From Acidimicrobiales bacterium (GTDB lineage: Bacteria > Actinomycetota > Acidimicrobiia > Acidimicrobiales > VFJN01), in contig DASSDL010000149.1 of the NCBI GenBank assembly GCA_035697145.1, forward strand, positions 2,008-66,007: DNA of 64,000 bases. Reading direction: 5' to 3'. The notes beneath the pieces are model-generated. The model saw only the letters and a list, made by a program, of their open reading frames with translations. It made no database searches and was not told where the DNA came from. Below, in pieces: positions 39,859 to 49,856 of this stretch. Each line of letters opens with the position of its first letter. Positions within the stretch are counted from its first letter, which is position 1. The position numbers and the translations under genes are program-made.

Positions 39859-40461
39859 ATGCTCGACCACGTCTTCACCGATGCCATCGGCGCCCTGCGC
39901 GACTCGCTGGAGCGCGCCCTGCTCGAGCGCCAGGCGTTCGAGGAGCGCTTCCAGGTAGACGTGCTCCTCGGCGACGTGACCTGGGAGACGTCGTACGGGC
40001 TGCCCGGTGAGGGCCTGCCGCCGCGGGTCCAGGCCGACCTCACGCTCGACTGGCCGACATGGGCGCAGACCGCCTACCGGTCCTGGTACATCGGCGAGCC
40101 GTTCACCGACCCGCCCCGCATCGAGATCGAGCTGGTGCTGCGCCTCCAGCGCCTGGCTGAGTCGCCCGACCCCAGCGTGGTGCTGGCGGCGTTGCCGGAG
40201 ATGAGTGCGTCGATCGGGTCGGAACACCTCGAGCGGTCGGGCCCGACGATCGAGACGGTGTGCTCGGCCGACCTCAACGATCGCGAGTACGCCATCGAGG
40301 TGTCGTACGAGGGCAGCTACGAGTTGGACGAGGCCACGCTGGAGGACGGCACGATCCTGGATGACCACCTGAGCGCCATGGGCGGATGGATCGCATCGAC
40401 CCTGGTGAAGCTCGGCGACCTCAAGCTGCCGTTCCTACCCCCCGTGGAGGAGGAGTCGTGA
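39859..40461 (+). CDS. hypothetical acidic cytoplasmic protein
   Basis: 200 aa with no signal peptide. I recognise no family. Codon third-position GC is high, so it is probably coding. Confidence 0.5.
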   Translation: MLDHVFTDAIGALRDSLERALLERQAFEERFQVDVLLGDVTWETSYGLPGEGLPPRVQADLTLDWPTWAQTAYRSWYIGEPFTDPPRIEIELVLRLQRLAESPDPSVVLAALPEMSASIGSEHLERSGPTIETVCSADLNDREYAIEVSYEGSYELDEATLEDGTILDDHLSAMGGWIASTLVKLGDLKLPFLPPVEEES

Positions 40462-40626
40462 CCGTCGGCGACATACTCTCCCTCGTCATCGCTAGCATCT
40501 CCAACGGCGCAGAATTGGCCCCTTGACCCCCTGGTAGGGGTGCGGAAAGCTACCCGCGCACCGGGTCGACATACCCCATCTTCGCCCGACGGTCTCCGAC
40601 TCCCGGCGCCGAGGAATTGCGCGACC

Positions 40627-41589
40627 ATGCGACGCCCTGCCCTCTGGGTACTCATGGCGGTCATCATCGCTTTGCTTCCGATGGTTACAACCGAACGGGC
40701 AGTGGCCAATCATGTCCCGGCGAGCCGAATCACCCGTAGCTACTACGTAGGTAGCTCGTCGAGCGACAAGGCCGTTATGCTCGGTTGCCGGCAAGGCGAC
40801 AAGAACGGCCGCATGACGCTGTTCTTCGGCGCCCCGGCCGCCTTGGGCACCTCGTACGGCGCCACCCTTTGGGGTGCTCCCAACCTCACGACGGTCCAGA
40901 TCGGGAACCTGGCCATGGACTTCATCCGTGGTTACGCGTACTGCCGCCAGTCGTCGTCGTACCGGCTCTTGATCGGCCTGGGCACCAGCAACAGCGCGAT
41001 TGACGGCCGGTCGACCACGTGGCTCCGGAACCACGGCAAGGCATGGGCGAGCATGGTCCACCAGGTCGCCACCTGGTCCAACCGCTACTACCCGATGGCA
41101 CAGGCCTACGCCGCCTGGGACGCAGAGCCGTCGTGGTCGACCTACGACAAGGCGCACCAATGGATGTACGGCTATGACGTCCTGTTCCCGGCGCGGCGCG
41201 CCCTGTACGCCAACTTCTCGGCGGACGGCTGCCCCACCACCAGCGCCACCAATGGCGCGTGCAGCAACGGGTGGAACCAGTCCGCGGTCTGGCACCTCGC
41301 GTGGGAGCACGATCCCTCGTTGACGATCCCCCAGATCTACGCCACCAGCGGGGTGAACGCAAGGCAATGGCAGCTTATCGACGAATGGGCGACTCACAAT
41401 CGCGGCGATGGGATCTTCTTCTATGGGGTGATGAGCCAGGCCGGCGCGTGCAGGCAAGTGGGTGGTTGTCCCGGCACGAACAACACGCCGCACCGCGCCT
41501 GGGAGTTCATGATTTGGTGGCTGCGCTCGCACACGCACACATGGCAATCGTCGATTAACACGATGACGGACATCAGTTGGCACACCTAA
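40627..41589 (+). CDS. hypothetical secreted Trp/Tyr/Cys-rich protein
   Basis: Signal peptide MRRPALWVLMAVIIALLPMVTTERAVA. The roughly 290-aa mature part is rich in W, Y, S and N and has 6 Cys. GC is visibly lower than in neighbouring genes. I recognise no family. Confidence 0.55.
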   Translation: MRRPALWVLMAVIIALLPMVTTERAVANHVPASRITRSYYVGSSSSDKAVMLGCRQGDKNGRMTLFFGAPAALGTSYGATLWGAPNLTTVQIGNLAMDFIRGYAYCRQSSSYRLLIGLGTSNSAIDGRSTTWLRNHGKAWASMVHQVATWSNRYYPMAQAYAAWDAEPSWSTYDKAHQWMYGYDVLFPARRALYANFSADGCPTTSATNGACSNGWNQSAVWHLAWEHDPSLTIPQIYATSGVNARQWQLIDEWATHNRGDGIFFYGVMSQAGACRQVGGCPGTNNTPHRAWEFMIWWLRSHTHTWQSSINTMTDISWHT

Positions 41590-41737
41590 GAACGTGCGCG
41601 GATAGGCAGGTCATCCTGGCTCTCGGTGGTCAGCGCTGCTGGGAGGCCCAGCTGTTGAGCCGCGACCCGGCAACAAATTCCCACGCGGGGTGCCTGCGGA
41701 ACGCCGTATCCGCTGGGCCTCTAAGACCGCCGATGCA

Positions 41738-42490
41738 ATGACACGCCGACGCACACGACCGCAGCGCCCGAGGACCCACCGGAATGGGCTCGGCGGCCAT
41801 CGCCGCCTGGCGTTGGGGGTGGCCGTCGCGGCGTCGGTCGGCCTGACCGCCGTCGGCGTCGCCAGCGCCGCCCGGCGACAGCCGACGCCCACCGAAGCCG
41901 AGCGCCAGGTCCAGCGTGAGATCGATGCCATGATCGACAGCGGTATGTCCCCGGACGATCCCAAGGTCGAGCTGCTCGAGGACCAGATGGACGAGCTGCG
42001 CCGCAGCACGCGGGCAGACCCGCCAACGGAACCTGGCGTCGACCTGGGCCAGCGCGTGACCGACGCCAAGGCGGCCGAGAAGGCCGCCGATCGGGCCCGG
42101 GACCAGGCGGTGCGGACGCGGGCCGGGTCGGCGGCGGCAGCCGGAGTCGCGGGCCAGGCCACGACCGCAGGCGTGCCCGCCGGGCCGGCGTGGCAGAGCG
42201 GGACCGTCGAGTGCGAGCCGGTGCCCCAGATCCTGACGGCAGAGGAGGTTGCGGGGGCGACCTGCCTCAGCGTTCCGCAGCCCGACGGATCGACCCGCTA
42301 TGTCGCCGTCGGCAGCGACGGCGTTGTCCGCACCGTCGCCTTCGGCGCCGACGGCAAGGTCGGTCGTGGCCCGAACCGCCGGGTGCCGGGCGGCGTGGCG
42401 CCCGGGGTGACCGCGGTCGGGCCCACGGCGGCCGGCGACATCCTGGTGACGGTCGGGGGGAAGGCGCCCGTCACAGTCGACGTCGGCTAG
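41738..42490 (+). CDS. hypothetical membrane-anchored/secreted protein
   Basis: Arg-rich N-terminus, one hydrophobic segment (LALGVAVAASVGLTAVGVASA), a charged coiled region, and a C-terminal domain with two Cys. The start could be 41690 or 41738. Confidence 0.45.
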   Translation: MTRRRTRPQRPRTHRNGLGGHRRLALGVAVAASVGLTAVGVASAARRQPTPTEAERQVQREIDAMIDSGMSPDDPKVELLEDQMDELRRSTRADPPTEPGVDLGQRVTDAKAAEKAADRARDQAVRTRAGSAAAAGVAGQATTAGVPAGPAWQSGTVECEPVPQILTAEEVAGATCLSVPQPDGSTRYVAVGSDGVVRTVAFGADGKVGRGPNRRVPGGVAPGVTAVGPTAAGDILVTVGGKAPVTVDVG

Positions 42491-42531
42491 GGGGCGTGTC
42501 GGCGGCGTCCCCCGGTTCATATGGTGTGCAC

Positions 42532-42924
42532 ATGCTCGACGAAGCGATCACGAAGCTCGCCACCGGAAAGAACATCGGGGCCGTCACCACGCTGCTGCCC
42601 GACGGCACGCCCATGACCCAGCCGCTCTGGGTCGACGCCGACGACGACCACCTGCTGTTCAACACCGAGGTGCATCGGCAGAAGTTCCGCAACATCCAGC
42701 GCGATCCCCGCGTCACTGTCGCGATATGGGACAGCGCCGATCCCTACTTCTATGTCGAGGTGCGGGGCGAGGTGGTGGAGACGGTCCGGGGCCCCGAGGC
42801 CCGCGCCCACATCGACCAGCTCGCCCAGAAGTACACGGGCGGCGACTACGCCGGCACCATCCGCTCAGAGCGCGTGATCCTCAAGGTGGCTCCCACCAAG
42901 CGTCAGTTCGTCCGCGGGAGGTAG
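42532..42924 (+). CDS. PPOX-class (pyridoxamine 5'-phosphate oxidase-like) probable F420/FMN-dependent protein
   Basis: 130 aa. LATGKNIGAVTTLLPDGTPMTQPLWVDADDDHLLFNT...RDPRVTVAIWD...YVEVRG fits the split-barrel PPOX pattern. Confidence 0.7.
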   Translation: MLDEAITKLATGKNIGAVTTLLPDGTPMTQPLWVDADDDHLLFNTEVHRQKFRNIQRDPRVTVAIWDSADPYFYVEVRGEVVETVRGPEARAHIDQLAQKYTGGDYAGTIRSERVILKVAPTKRQFVRGR

Positions 42925-42939
42925 CCGAGCGTCGGTGCG

Positions 42940-43917
42940 TCAGGCCAGGTCCGCCAGCCGGACCTCGGGCCGGGCACCGATGTGGCTGATCACCTCGGAC
43001 GCCGCGAGCGAGGCCAGTCGACCACACTCGGGCAGGGGCTGGCCGGCCGTGTAGCCGTAGAGGAACCCGGCGGCGTAGAGGTCACCGGCGCCGGTGGTGT
43101 CGACGACCTCGACCGGGTGGGCCGCCACCTCGTGGGTTTCGCTCCCGGCCACGATCACCGAGCCGCGGGCGCCCAGCGTCAGGCACGTGATGCCCACCTC
43201 GGTCCGGGCCTTTTCGATCGCGGTCTCCACGTCGTCGCAGCCCCACAGGATGCAGGCCTCGGACTCGTTGGCGAAGAGGATGTCGATCCGCTCGCGCACC
43301 AGTGGAAGGAAGTCGTCGTGGTGCCGCTGCACGCAGAACGAGTCGGACAGCGTCAGCGCGACCTTGCGGCCGGCCTCCGTGGCGATCTCGGACGCCTTCC
43401 AGTACGCGTCCATCGACTCGGGTCGGTCGAACAGGTAGCCCTCCAGCAACGTGACCTGGGCGCTGCGTACCAGGTCGGCATCCACATCGTTGGGGCAGAA
43501 GTACTCGGAAGCACCCAGGTACGTGTTCATGGTGCGCTGGGCATCGGGCGTCACGATGATGAGGCTGCGCCCCGTCGGCGGGCCCTCGCTGGCAGCCGGG
43601 CAATCGAACACGACGCCCTGTGCCCGCAGGTCGTGGGCGAACACACCGCCCAGCTGGTCGTCGAACACCCGGCCCAGATAGCCGGCCCGGCCTCCGAAGC
43701 TCGCAACCCCGGCGATGCTGTTGCCGACCGAGCCGCCCGACATCTCGATGGCCGGGCCCATGGCCGTGTACAGGTCCTCGGCGCGGTCGGTGTCGATGAG
43801 CGTCATCGCGCCCTTCACCAGCCCGTGGGCGTCGAGGAACGCATCGTCTTCGTGGGTCAGGACGTCGACGAGCGCGTTGCCGATGCCGACGACGTCGAGG
43901 GAGGCCTCCACAGTCAC
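42940..43917 (-). CDS. PfkB-family carbohydrate/nucleoside kinase (adenosine kinase-like)
   Basis: DVVGIGNALVDVL...GGSVGNS...ILFANESEA...DTTGAGDLYAAGFLYG (ribokinase-family signature). GTG start at 43917 or 43911. Confidence 0.8.
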   Translation of the reverse strand: MTVEASLDVVGIGNALVDVLTHEDDAFLDAHGLVKGAMTLIDTDRAEDLYTAMGPAIEMSGGSVGNSIAGVASFGGRAGYLGRVFDDQLGGVFAHDLRAQGVVFDCPAASEGPPTGRSLIIVTPDAQRTMNTYLGASEYFCPNDVDADLVRSAQVTLLEGYLFDRPESMDAYWKASEIATEAGRKVALTLSDSFCVQRHHDDFLPLVRERIDILFANESEACILWGCDDVETAIEKARTEVGITCLTLGARGSVIVAGSETHEVAAHPVEVVDTTGAGDLYAAGFLYGYTAGQPLPECGRLASLAASEVISHIGARPEVRLADLA

Positions 43918-44002
43918 GGCGCAAGAGGCTAGCGGACCCTTGCTGGTGGCCCACTGGTGGGCCGGCCCCGGGCATCGCGGGCGGTGGGTAGCGTGGCTTG
44001 CC

Positions 44003-46645
44003 GTGCCCGCGCAGACCCCGCCATCCGAGATCGACGTGCCCGATCCGTCGGCCAACCCCCACCGACTCCCCCGCACCGTCGTTCCCCGCCGCTACGACCT
44101 GACGCTCGAGCCCGATCTCGAGGCCGCCAGCTTCGCCGGCCACGAGACCATCGCCGTCGAGGTGTTCACCGAGACGAGCGAGGTGGTGCTCAATGCCGTC
44201 GAGATGGAGATCGAGGAGGCGACCGCCGAGATCCCCGACGGCGGTGGCACTCGGGTGGCGACCGTAAGCCTCGACGAGGAGGCCGAGCGGGCGACGCTGA
44301 GCTTCGACCGGCCCCTCCCCGCTGGCGAGGCGTTCCTGCACCTGAACTTCCGGGGCGTCCTCAACGACAAGCTGCGCGGCTTCTACCGGTCGACCTTCAC
44401 CGACGACACCGGCATCGAACGGGTCCTGGCCGCCACCCAGATGGAGGCCACCGACGCCCGGCGCGCCTTCCCCTGCTGGGACGAGCCCGATGCCAAGGCC
44501 GTCTTCGGCGTGACGCTCGTCGTGCCCGACGATCTGCTGGCCATCTCCAACGCCGCCGAGCTGGACCGCACCCCGGCCGGTGAGACCCCGGACGGGCGGA
44601 AGAAGGTGGCCATCCGGTTCGCAGACACGATGCCGATGTCCACCTACCTGGTCGCGTTCGTGGTGGGGCCACTGGTGGCCACCGACCCGGTCGACGTCGA
44701 CGGCAAGCCCCTGCGGGTCGTGTGCCCCATCGGCAAGGAGCACCTCGCCTCGTACGCGCTCGACGTCGGCGCCTTCGCCCTTCGCTACCTCAGCGACTGG
44801 TTCGGCATCGTCTACCCGGGCGACAAGCTCGACCTCGTCGCCATCCCCGACTTTGCCTTCGGCGCGATGGAGAACCTGGGCTGCGTCACATTCCGGGAGC
44901 GCTACGTGCTGGTCGACCCGGCCACATCGACGCAGGCCGAGCTGCAGGCGGTCGTCGACGTCATCGGCCACGAGATTGCGCACATGTGGTTCGGCGACCT
45001 GGTGACCATGAAGTGGTGGAACGGCATCTGGCTCAACGAGGCCTTCGCCACCTTCATGGAGATGACCTGCACCGACGCCTTTCGCCCCGACTGGCAGCGC
45101 TGGGTGGATTTCGGGCTGTCCCGTAGTGCGGCCTTCGACACCGATGCCCTGGAGGCCACCCGGCCGATCGAGTACCCGGTGGTGTCGCCGGACGACGCCG
45201 ACGGCATGTTCGACGTGCTCACCTACGAGAAGGGGGCGTCGGTCGTCCGCATGCTCGAGCAGCACCTGGGGCCGGACCGCTTCCGCGATGGCATCCGCCG
45301 CTACATGGCCCGCCACCAGTACGCCAACACCGAGACGTCGGACCTGTGGGACGCGCTGGAGGCCGAGACCGGCGAGCCGGTGCGGCGCATCGCCGAGAGC
45401 TGGATCTTTCAGGGCGGCTTCCCGGAGGTCAGCGTCGCGGCCGGCCCCGGCGACACACCCACGCTACGCCTGACCCAGCGCCGCTTCCGCTTTGCCCGGG
45501 ATGGTGGGACGGAGGGCGCCGGCCGCACGGACGGTCCCGGCCGTTGGTCCGTCCCGGTCGCGGTGGAGAGCGGCGGCGAGGCCACGGCCACCCTCGATCG
45601 CCTGCTGCTCGACGGCGAGCCGCTCGAGATCGAGCGCCCGCCAGGCACGTCGTGGGTGAACGCCAACGCCGGCGCCCACGGCTTCTACCGGGTGCGCTAC
45701 GCCGAGCCACTGTTCACGGCGCTGCTCCAGCATCTCGGCGAGCTGACGCCGCTCGAGCGCTACACGTTGGTCGACGACGCCTGGGCGTCGGTGCTGGCGG
45801 CAACGACGCCGGCCTCAGTGTTCGTGGAAACCGTCGAGCGCTTCGTCGACGAGACCGACCTGTCGGTCTGGGAGCGCATCGTCGGGGGGTTGGGCCAGCT
45901 CGATCGCCTGGTGGAGGACGACGCCGCGCAGCGGCTCCACACCCGTGCGGCCACGCTGGTGGGGCCGGCACGCGCCCGGCTCGGTCCCGATCCCAGTCCC
46001 GACGGCGACGACGACCGCACCCGCTCGCTGCGGGGCCTGCTCCTGCAGGCGGCGGCGCTGCTCGGTGACGACGGTGCCGCCCGCGAGCGGTCGGCCGAGC
46101 TGCTGGACGAGTACGTCGCCGATCCCGCCGGTGTCGACCCCAGCCTGGCGGCGGCCGCGCTCGTGGTCTCGGCCACCCTCGGGGACGAGGCCCAGCACGA
46201 CCGTCTGGTCGAGCGGTTCCGGGCGTCGGACAATCCACAAGATCGCGAGCGCCTGCTCTTGGCGCTGTCGCGCTTCCGAAAGCCCGCCTGCCTCCGGCGC
46301 ACGCTCGACCTGGCGCTGTCGGGGGCGGTCCGCACGCAGGATGCGCCGTACCTGCTGCTGGAAACGCTGACCAATCGCGACAACGCAGCCGCCGCCTTCG
46401 CGTTCATCGCCGAACGTTGGTCCGAGATCACCGAGCGGTTCCCGGCCAACAGCATCCCCCGGCTGGTGTCCGGCATCCGGTCAGTGCGCGACCGGGCGCT
46501 GGCCGAACAGGTGGTGGCGTTCCTGGCCGACCACCCGATCCCGCAGGGCGCCCAGCAGATCCGCCAGCACATCGAGCGGATGTGGGTGACGGTCGGGCTG
46601 GCGGAGCGGGAATCGGCGCGGTTCGCCGCCTACCTGAGCGGGTAG
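44003..46645 (+). CDS. pepN: aminopeptidase N (M1 family)
   Basis: LPRTVVPRRYDLTLEPDL, GAMENLG and HEIAHMWFGDLVTMKWWNGIWLNEAF (HEXXH-18-E), plus an ERAP-like C-terminal domain. GTG start at 44003. Confidence 0.92.
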   Translation: MPAQTPPSEIDVPDPSANPHRLPRTVVPRRYDLTLEPDLEAASFAGHETIAVEVFTETSEVVLNAVEMEIEEATAEIPDGGGTRVATVSLDEEAERATLSFDRPLPAGEAFLHLNFRGVLNDKLRGFYRSTFTDDTGIERVLAATQMEATDARRAFPCWDEPDAKAVFGVTLVVPDDLLAISNAAELDRTPAGETPDGRKKVAIRFADTMPMSTYLVAFVVGPLVATDPVDVDGKPLRVVCPIGKEHLASYALDVGAFALRYLSDWFGIVYPGDKLDLVAIPDFAFGAMENLGCVTFRERYVLVDPATSTQAELQAVVDVIGHEIAHMWFGDLVTMKWWNGIWLNEAFATFMEMTCTDAFRPDWQRWVDFGLSRSAAFDTDALEATRPIEYPVVSPDDADGMFDVLTYEKGASVVRMLEQHLGPDRFRDGIRRYMARHQYANTETSDLWDALEAETGEPVRRIAESWIFQGGFPEVSVAAGPGDTPTLRLTQRRFRFARDGGTEGAGRTDGPGRWSVPVAVESGGEATATLDRLLLDGEPLEIERPPGTSWVNANAGAHGFYRVRYAEPLFTALLQHLGELTPLERYTLVDDAWASVLAATTPASVFVETVERFVDETDLSVWERIVGGLGQLDRLVEDDAAQRLHTRAATLVGPARARLGPDPSPDGDDDRTRSLRGLLLQAAALLGDDGAARERSAELLDEYVADPAGVDPSLAAAALVVSATLGDEAQHDRLVERFRASDNPQDRERLLLALSRFRKPACLRRTLDLALSGAVRTQDAPYLLLETLTNRDNAAAAFAFIAERWSEITERFPANSIPRLVSGIRSVRDRALAEQVVAFLADHPIPQGAQQIRQHIERMWVTVGLAERESARFAAYLSG

Positions 46646-46826
46646 CTGCCAGTCGGTAGCAGACCAGCGCCGCCACGCGGTAGGGGCTTCGGACCGGAGG
46701 GATCCGGGCACCCGCCTTGCTTCGAATGGCTCTTGTGCGCCACCATCGTGCACTGATCCCGGCCGGAGTGACCGTGGTGGTTCACTAGCTGTGGACCGGC
46801 CGTGAACGCGAATCAACGATCATTGC

Positions 46827-47465
46827 ATGCACCATCCGCCGCTTGAGATCCCGCGCCTGCGCGCGCTCGCTCGACACGCTCTCCCCAACCTGGTGGAGGC
46901 GACGCTGGTGCCGTTGCTGGTGTTCTACGCCGCGTTGTGGCTGGTCGGCGTGTGGGGCGGACTGATCGGCGCGCTGGTCTGGTCGTACACGGCCATCGCC
47001 CGACGCCTGGTCATCGGCCGCCCGGTCCCCGGACTGCTGGTGCTCGGCGTCGTCGGGCTCACCGCCCGCACCGTGGTGGCGGCGCTGTCCGGCAGCGTTT
47101 TCGTCTACTTCCTGCAGCCGACCCTCACCACCGTCCTGATCGCGGGGGTGTTCCTGGCTTCGGTGCCCGCCGGCCGCCCGATCGCCGAACGCCTGGCTGG
47201 CGACTTCTGCCCGTTGCCCGCCACCTTCATCGGTTCGCCACCGGTGCGGCGCTTCTTCGCCCGGATCACCGTGCTGTGGGCCTTCGTTCAGCTTGCCAAC
47301 GCCGCCCTCAGCATCTGGCTGCTCATCACGCAACCGGTGGCGACCTATGTGATCGCCAAGAGCGCCACCTCCTGGGGACTCACGATCGCTGCCGTCGGCC
47401 TTTCGACCTTGTATTTCAAGCGGTCGATGCGCAACGACGGCATCACGATCCACTGGCGCTCATAG
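46827..47465 (+). CDS. hypothetical polytopic membrane protein
   Basis: 212 aa with 5-6 hydrophobic segments. I cannot confidently recognise a family. Confidence 0.5.
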   Translation: MHHPPLEIPRLRALARHALPNLVEATLVPLLVFYAALWLVGVWGGLIGALVWSYTAIARRLVIGRPVPGLLVLGVVGLTARTVVAALSGSVFVYFLQPTLTTVLIAGVFLASVPAGRPIAERLAGDFCPLPATFIGSPPVRRFFARITVLWAFVQLANAALSIWLLITQPVATYVIAKSATSWGLTIAAVGLSTLYFKRSMRNDGITIHWRS

Positions 47466-47484
47466 TGCGCACGAGCACCCGCTA

Positions 47485-48258
47485 GTGCCGGGGGATGTCC
47501 GGCCGCTCATGCTGCGCACCGCCGACGGGCTGAGCCTGGTCGCCGACGCCTGGCTCACCCGGGAACCGGCCACGTCCGCCGTCGTGCTCGTCCACGGGTT
47601 CGCCGGGCACCGTCACGACGCCACCGTGGTCGCCATGGCGCAGGAGCTGCGGGCCGATGGCCATGCCGTGATCACCTACGACATGCGGGGCCACGGCGAG
47701 TCCGAGGGTTTGTGCACGCTGGGCGTTCTCGAGCGGCTGGACGTGGCGGCCGCTGTCGTCGCCGCCCGGGACCTGGCGCCCCGGGTCGTATTGGTGGGCG
47801 CGTCGCTGGGCGCGATCGCCGTGCTGCGCTACGCCGTTGGCGTTCCGGAGGGCCCCGACCCCGAGCTGGCCGGGGTGGTGACCGTGAGCGCGCCCGCCCA
47901 GTGGCGCCTGACCACCCCCCGCACCGCGCTGGCGGCGGTACTCACCCGCACCCGGATCGGGCGGTCGCTGGCGCGCCGGCGCGGCGTCCGGCTCGACCGG
48001 CGCTGGAGCCGCCCGGAGCCGCCCGACGCGCTGGCCGCCCGGTTGACCGTCCCGCTGGCGGTGGTGCACGGCCGGGACGACCGGTTCATGCCCACGAGCG
48101 AGGCGCAGGTGCTGCACGACGCCGCACCCGGACACCGCCGCCTCGACCTGGTGACAGGCATGGGTCACGCCTATGGCCCGCGGGGGCTGGAACCGATCAG
48201 CGACGCCGTCGCCTGGTGCCTTGGTGTCCCGGTCCCCGAAGTGAACGTGAGCCGATAG
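47485..48258 (+). CDS. alpha/beta hydrolase
   Basis: VVLVHGFAGHRHD...YDMRGHGESEG...LVGASLGAIAVL (nucleophile elbow)...VHGRDDRF...GMGHA. Confidence 0.75.
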   Translation: MPGDVRPLMLRTADGLSLVADAWLTREPATSAVVLVHGFAGHRHDATVVAMAQELRADGHAVITYDMRGHGESEGLCTLGVLERLDVAAAVVAARDLAPRVVLVGASLGAIAVLRYAVGVPEGPDPELAGVVTVSAPAQWRLTTPRTALAAVLTRTRIGRSLARRRGVRLDRRWSRPEPPDALAARLTVPLAVVHGRDDRFMPTSEAQVLHDAAPGHRRLDLVTGMGHAYGPRGLEPISDAVAWCLGVPVPEVNVSR

Positions 48259-48303
48259 GTCTCGGCGGACCGAGACCGACGTCATGGGTTCCGGATCGGA
48301 GGC

Positions 48304-49569
48304 CTATGACCTCGCTCCGAGGTCCGTGGCACCCGTTGCCTCGGCCCAGGTAGCCCCGCGCTCGATCAGCCGCTGGTAGGCGAGCAGCTCGCGGGGGCGG
48401 TTCATCGCCAGCGCCCCGACCACGCGGTCGCCGCGGCGGTAGAGGGCGACGAAGCGGCGCTCGTCGGTCGACCCGTCGACGACCCGCACCTCGTCGGCGC
48501 TGGCCGACCGGCCGGCCAGCTGGATCTTGCGGTCGTACTGGTCGGACCAGAACCAGGGCACCGGGTCGTAGGGCTCGGGCTCGCGGGAGCCATGGCCGCC
48601 GGCGTCCTCGGCGTCGAGCCAAGCGAGGAGTCGTCGAGCGGCGTGGGCGCCCATGGTGATGGCGTTGTCCCAGTGCTCGACCCGCATCAGCTCACCGAAG
48701 CGCCGGCTGGGCCACCGAGCCACGTCACCGGCTCCCACGACACCCGGGGCCGCCAGCGTGGTGGCGTCACAGACCAAACCGTCGTCGAGCGTCAGCCCCG
48801 ACCCTTCGAGCCAGCCGGTGTTGGGGACGACGCCGATGCCCACCACCACCAGGTCGGCCTCGATGGCCCTACCGTCGGCCAGCCGGACCCGCTCGACCCG
48901 CCCGTCGCCGCCGCCGTCGAGAGCGGCGACCGCCGTCCCCAGCCGAACGTCGACCCCGTGGTCACGATGCACGTCGGCCAGGACGGCGCCCATCTCCTCC
49001 CCGAGCGCCTGGCCTAACGGCACCGGTAGCGCCTCGAGGATGGTGACGTCGAGGCCCCGGGTGCGGCACGTCGCGGCCACCTCGGCGCCGATGAAGCCGG
49101 CGCCCACCACCACGACGCGCCGCGCGCCGGCATCGACCTCGGCCCGCACGGCCAGGCAGTCGTCCAGCGTCCGCAGGGTGTGGACCCCGGCCAGGCCTTC
49201 GCTGCCCGGCAGGCGCCGGGGCGTGGCCCCGGTGGCGATGACCAGGCCGTCGAACCCGAGCCGGGCGCCATCGGCCAGGACCACCTGGCGGGCGTCGAGG
49301 TCCAGCTCCTTGGCCACCGTGCCCAGCCGCCAGTCGAGGTCGAGCGCATCGATCCCGCCGTCGACACCCACCGTCAGCGCCAGGCGGTCGGCCTCCCAGT
49401 GGCCGGCTAGCACCTGCTTGGAGAGCGGCGGCCGGTCGTAGGGCGCGTGCACCTCGTCGCCGACAACGGTGACGGTGCCTTCGAAGCCCTCGCAGCGCAG
49501 CTCCTCGGCGGCCCGCAGCCCCGCCAGGGACGCCCCGACCACCACGATGGCCGGCGCCCGGGCCGTCAT
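48304..49569 (-). CDS. FAD-dependent ferredoxin/rubredoxin reductase-type oxidoreductase
   Basis: IVVVGASLAGLRAAEELR (FAD GxGxxG), YDRPPLSK, VVVVGAGFIGAEVA (NAD GxGxxG) and GAGDVARW. Start at ATG 49569 (MTARAP). Confidence 0.85.
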   Translation of the reverse strand: MTARAPAIVVVGASLAGLRAAEELRCEGFEGTVTVVGDEVHAPYDRPPLSKQVLAGHWEADRLALTVGVDGGIDALDLDWRLGTVAKELDLDARQVVLADGARLGFDGLVIATGATPRRLPGSEGLAGVHTLRTLDDCLAVRAEVDAGARRVVVVGAGFIGAEVAATCRTRGLDVTILEALPVPLGQALGEEMGAVLADVHRDHGVDVRLGTAVAALDGGGDGRVERVRLADGRAIEADLVVVGIGVVPNTGWLEGSGLTLDDGLVCDATTLAAPGVVGAGDVARWPSRRFGELMRVEHWDNAITMGAHAARRLLAWLDAEDAGGHGSREPEPYDPVPWFWSDQYDRKIQLAGRSASADEVRVVDGSTDERRFVALYRRGDRVVGALAMNRPRELLAYQRLIERGATWAEATGATDLGARS

Positions 49570-49579
49570 CTCCGTCTGG

Positions 49580-49780
49580 TCACGTGTCGACGATGGAGAT
49601 CGCAGCCTTGGGGCAGCGGCGGACAGCCTCTTCGACCTTGGGGCGGAGCTCGTCGGGCGGTGTCTCGTCGAGCACGTAGAGGAAGTCGTCGTCGCGGACC
49701 TCGAACACCTCGGGCGCAGCTTCCATGCAGCGGGCGTTGCTCTCACACAGGTCGAAGTCGACCACCACGCGGTAGCCCAT
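49580..49780 (-). CDS. small ferredoxin (3Fe-4S/4Fe-4S single-cluster type)
   Basis: MGYRVVVDFDLCESNARCMEAAPEVFEV...VRRCPKAAISI has the Cys pattern CxxxxxC...CP, as in actinobacterial P450-type ferredoxins. It lies 10 nt upstream of the reductase gene. Confidence 0.8.
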   Translation of the reverse strand: MGYRVVVDFDLCESNARCMEAAPEVFEVRDDDFLYVLDETPPDELRPKVEEAVRRCPKAAISIVDT

Positions 49781-49856
49781 CGGCAGCCCTCCTATCCATC
49801 GGGACCCGAACAAACGTAGCCCTAACCCTCACCCCCTCCGGATAGCGTGCTCACCG

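Noticed and set aside
43082-45316. 744-aa minus-strand ORF across the adenosine-kinase and pepN region. Similar cases are 19153-21141, 37320-38501, 26269-27717 and 27455-28981.
   Set aside because: All overlap genes with unmistakable motifs on the other strand or frame (GAMEN/HEXXH of PepN, the Hanks kinase motifs, the S9 peptidase, MFS, MnmA). All have junk composition.
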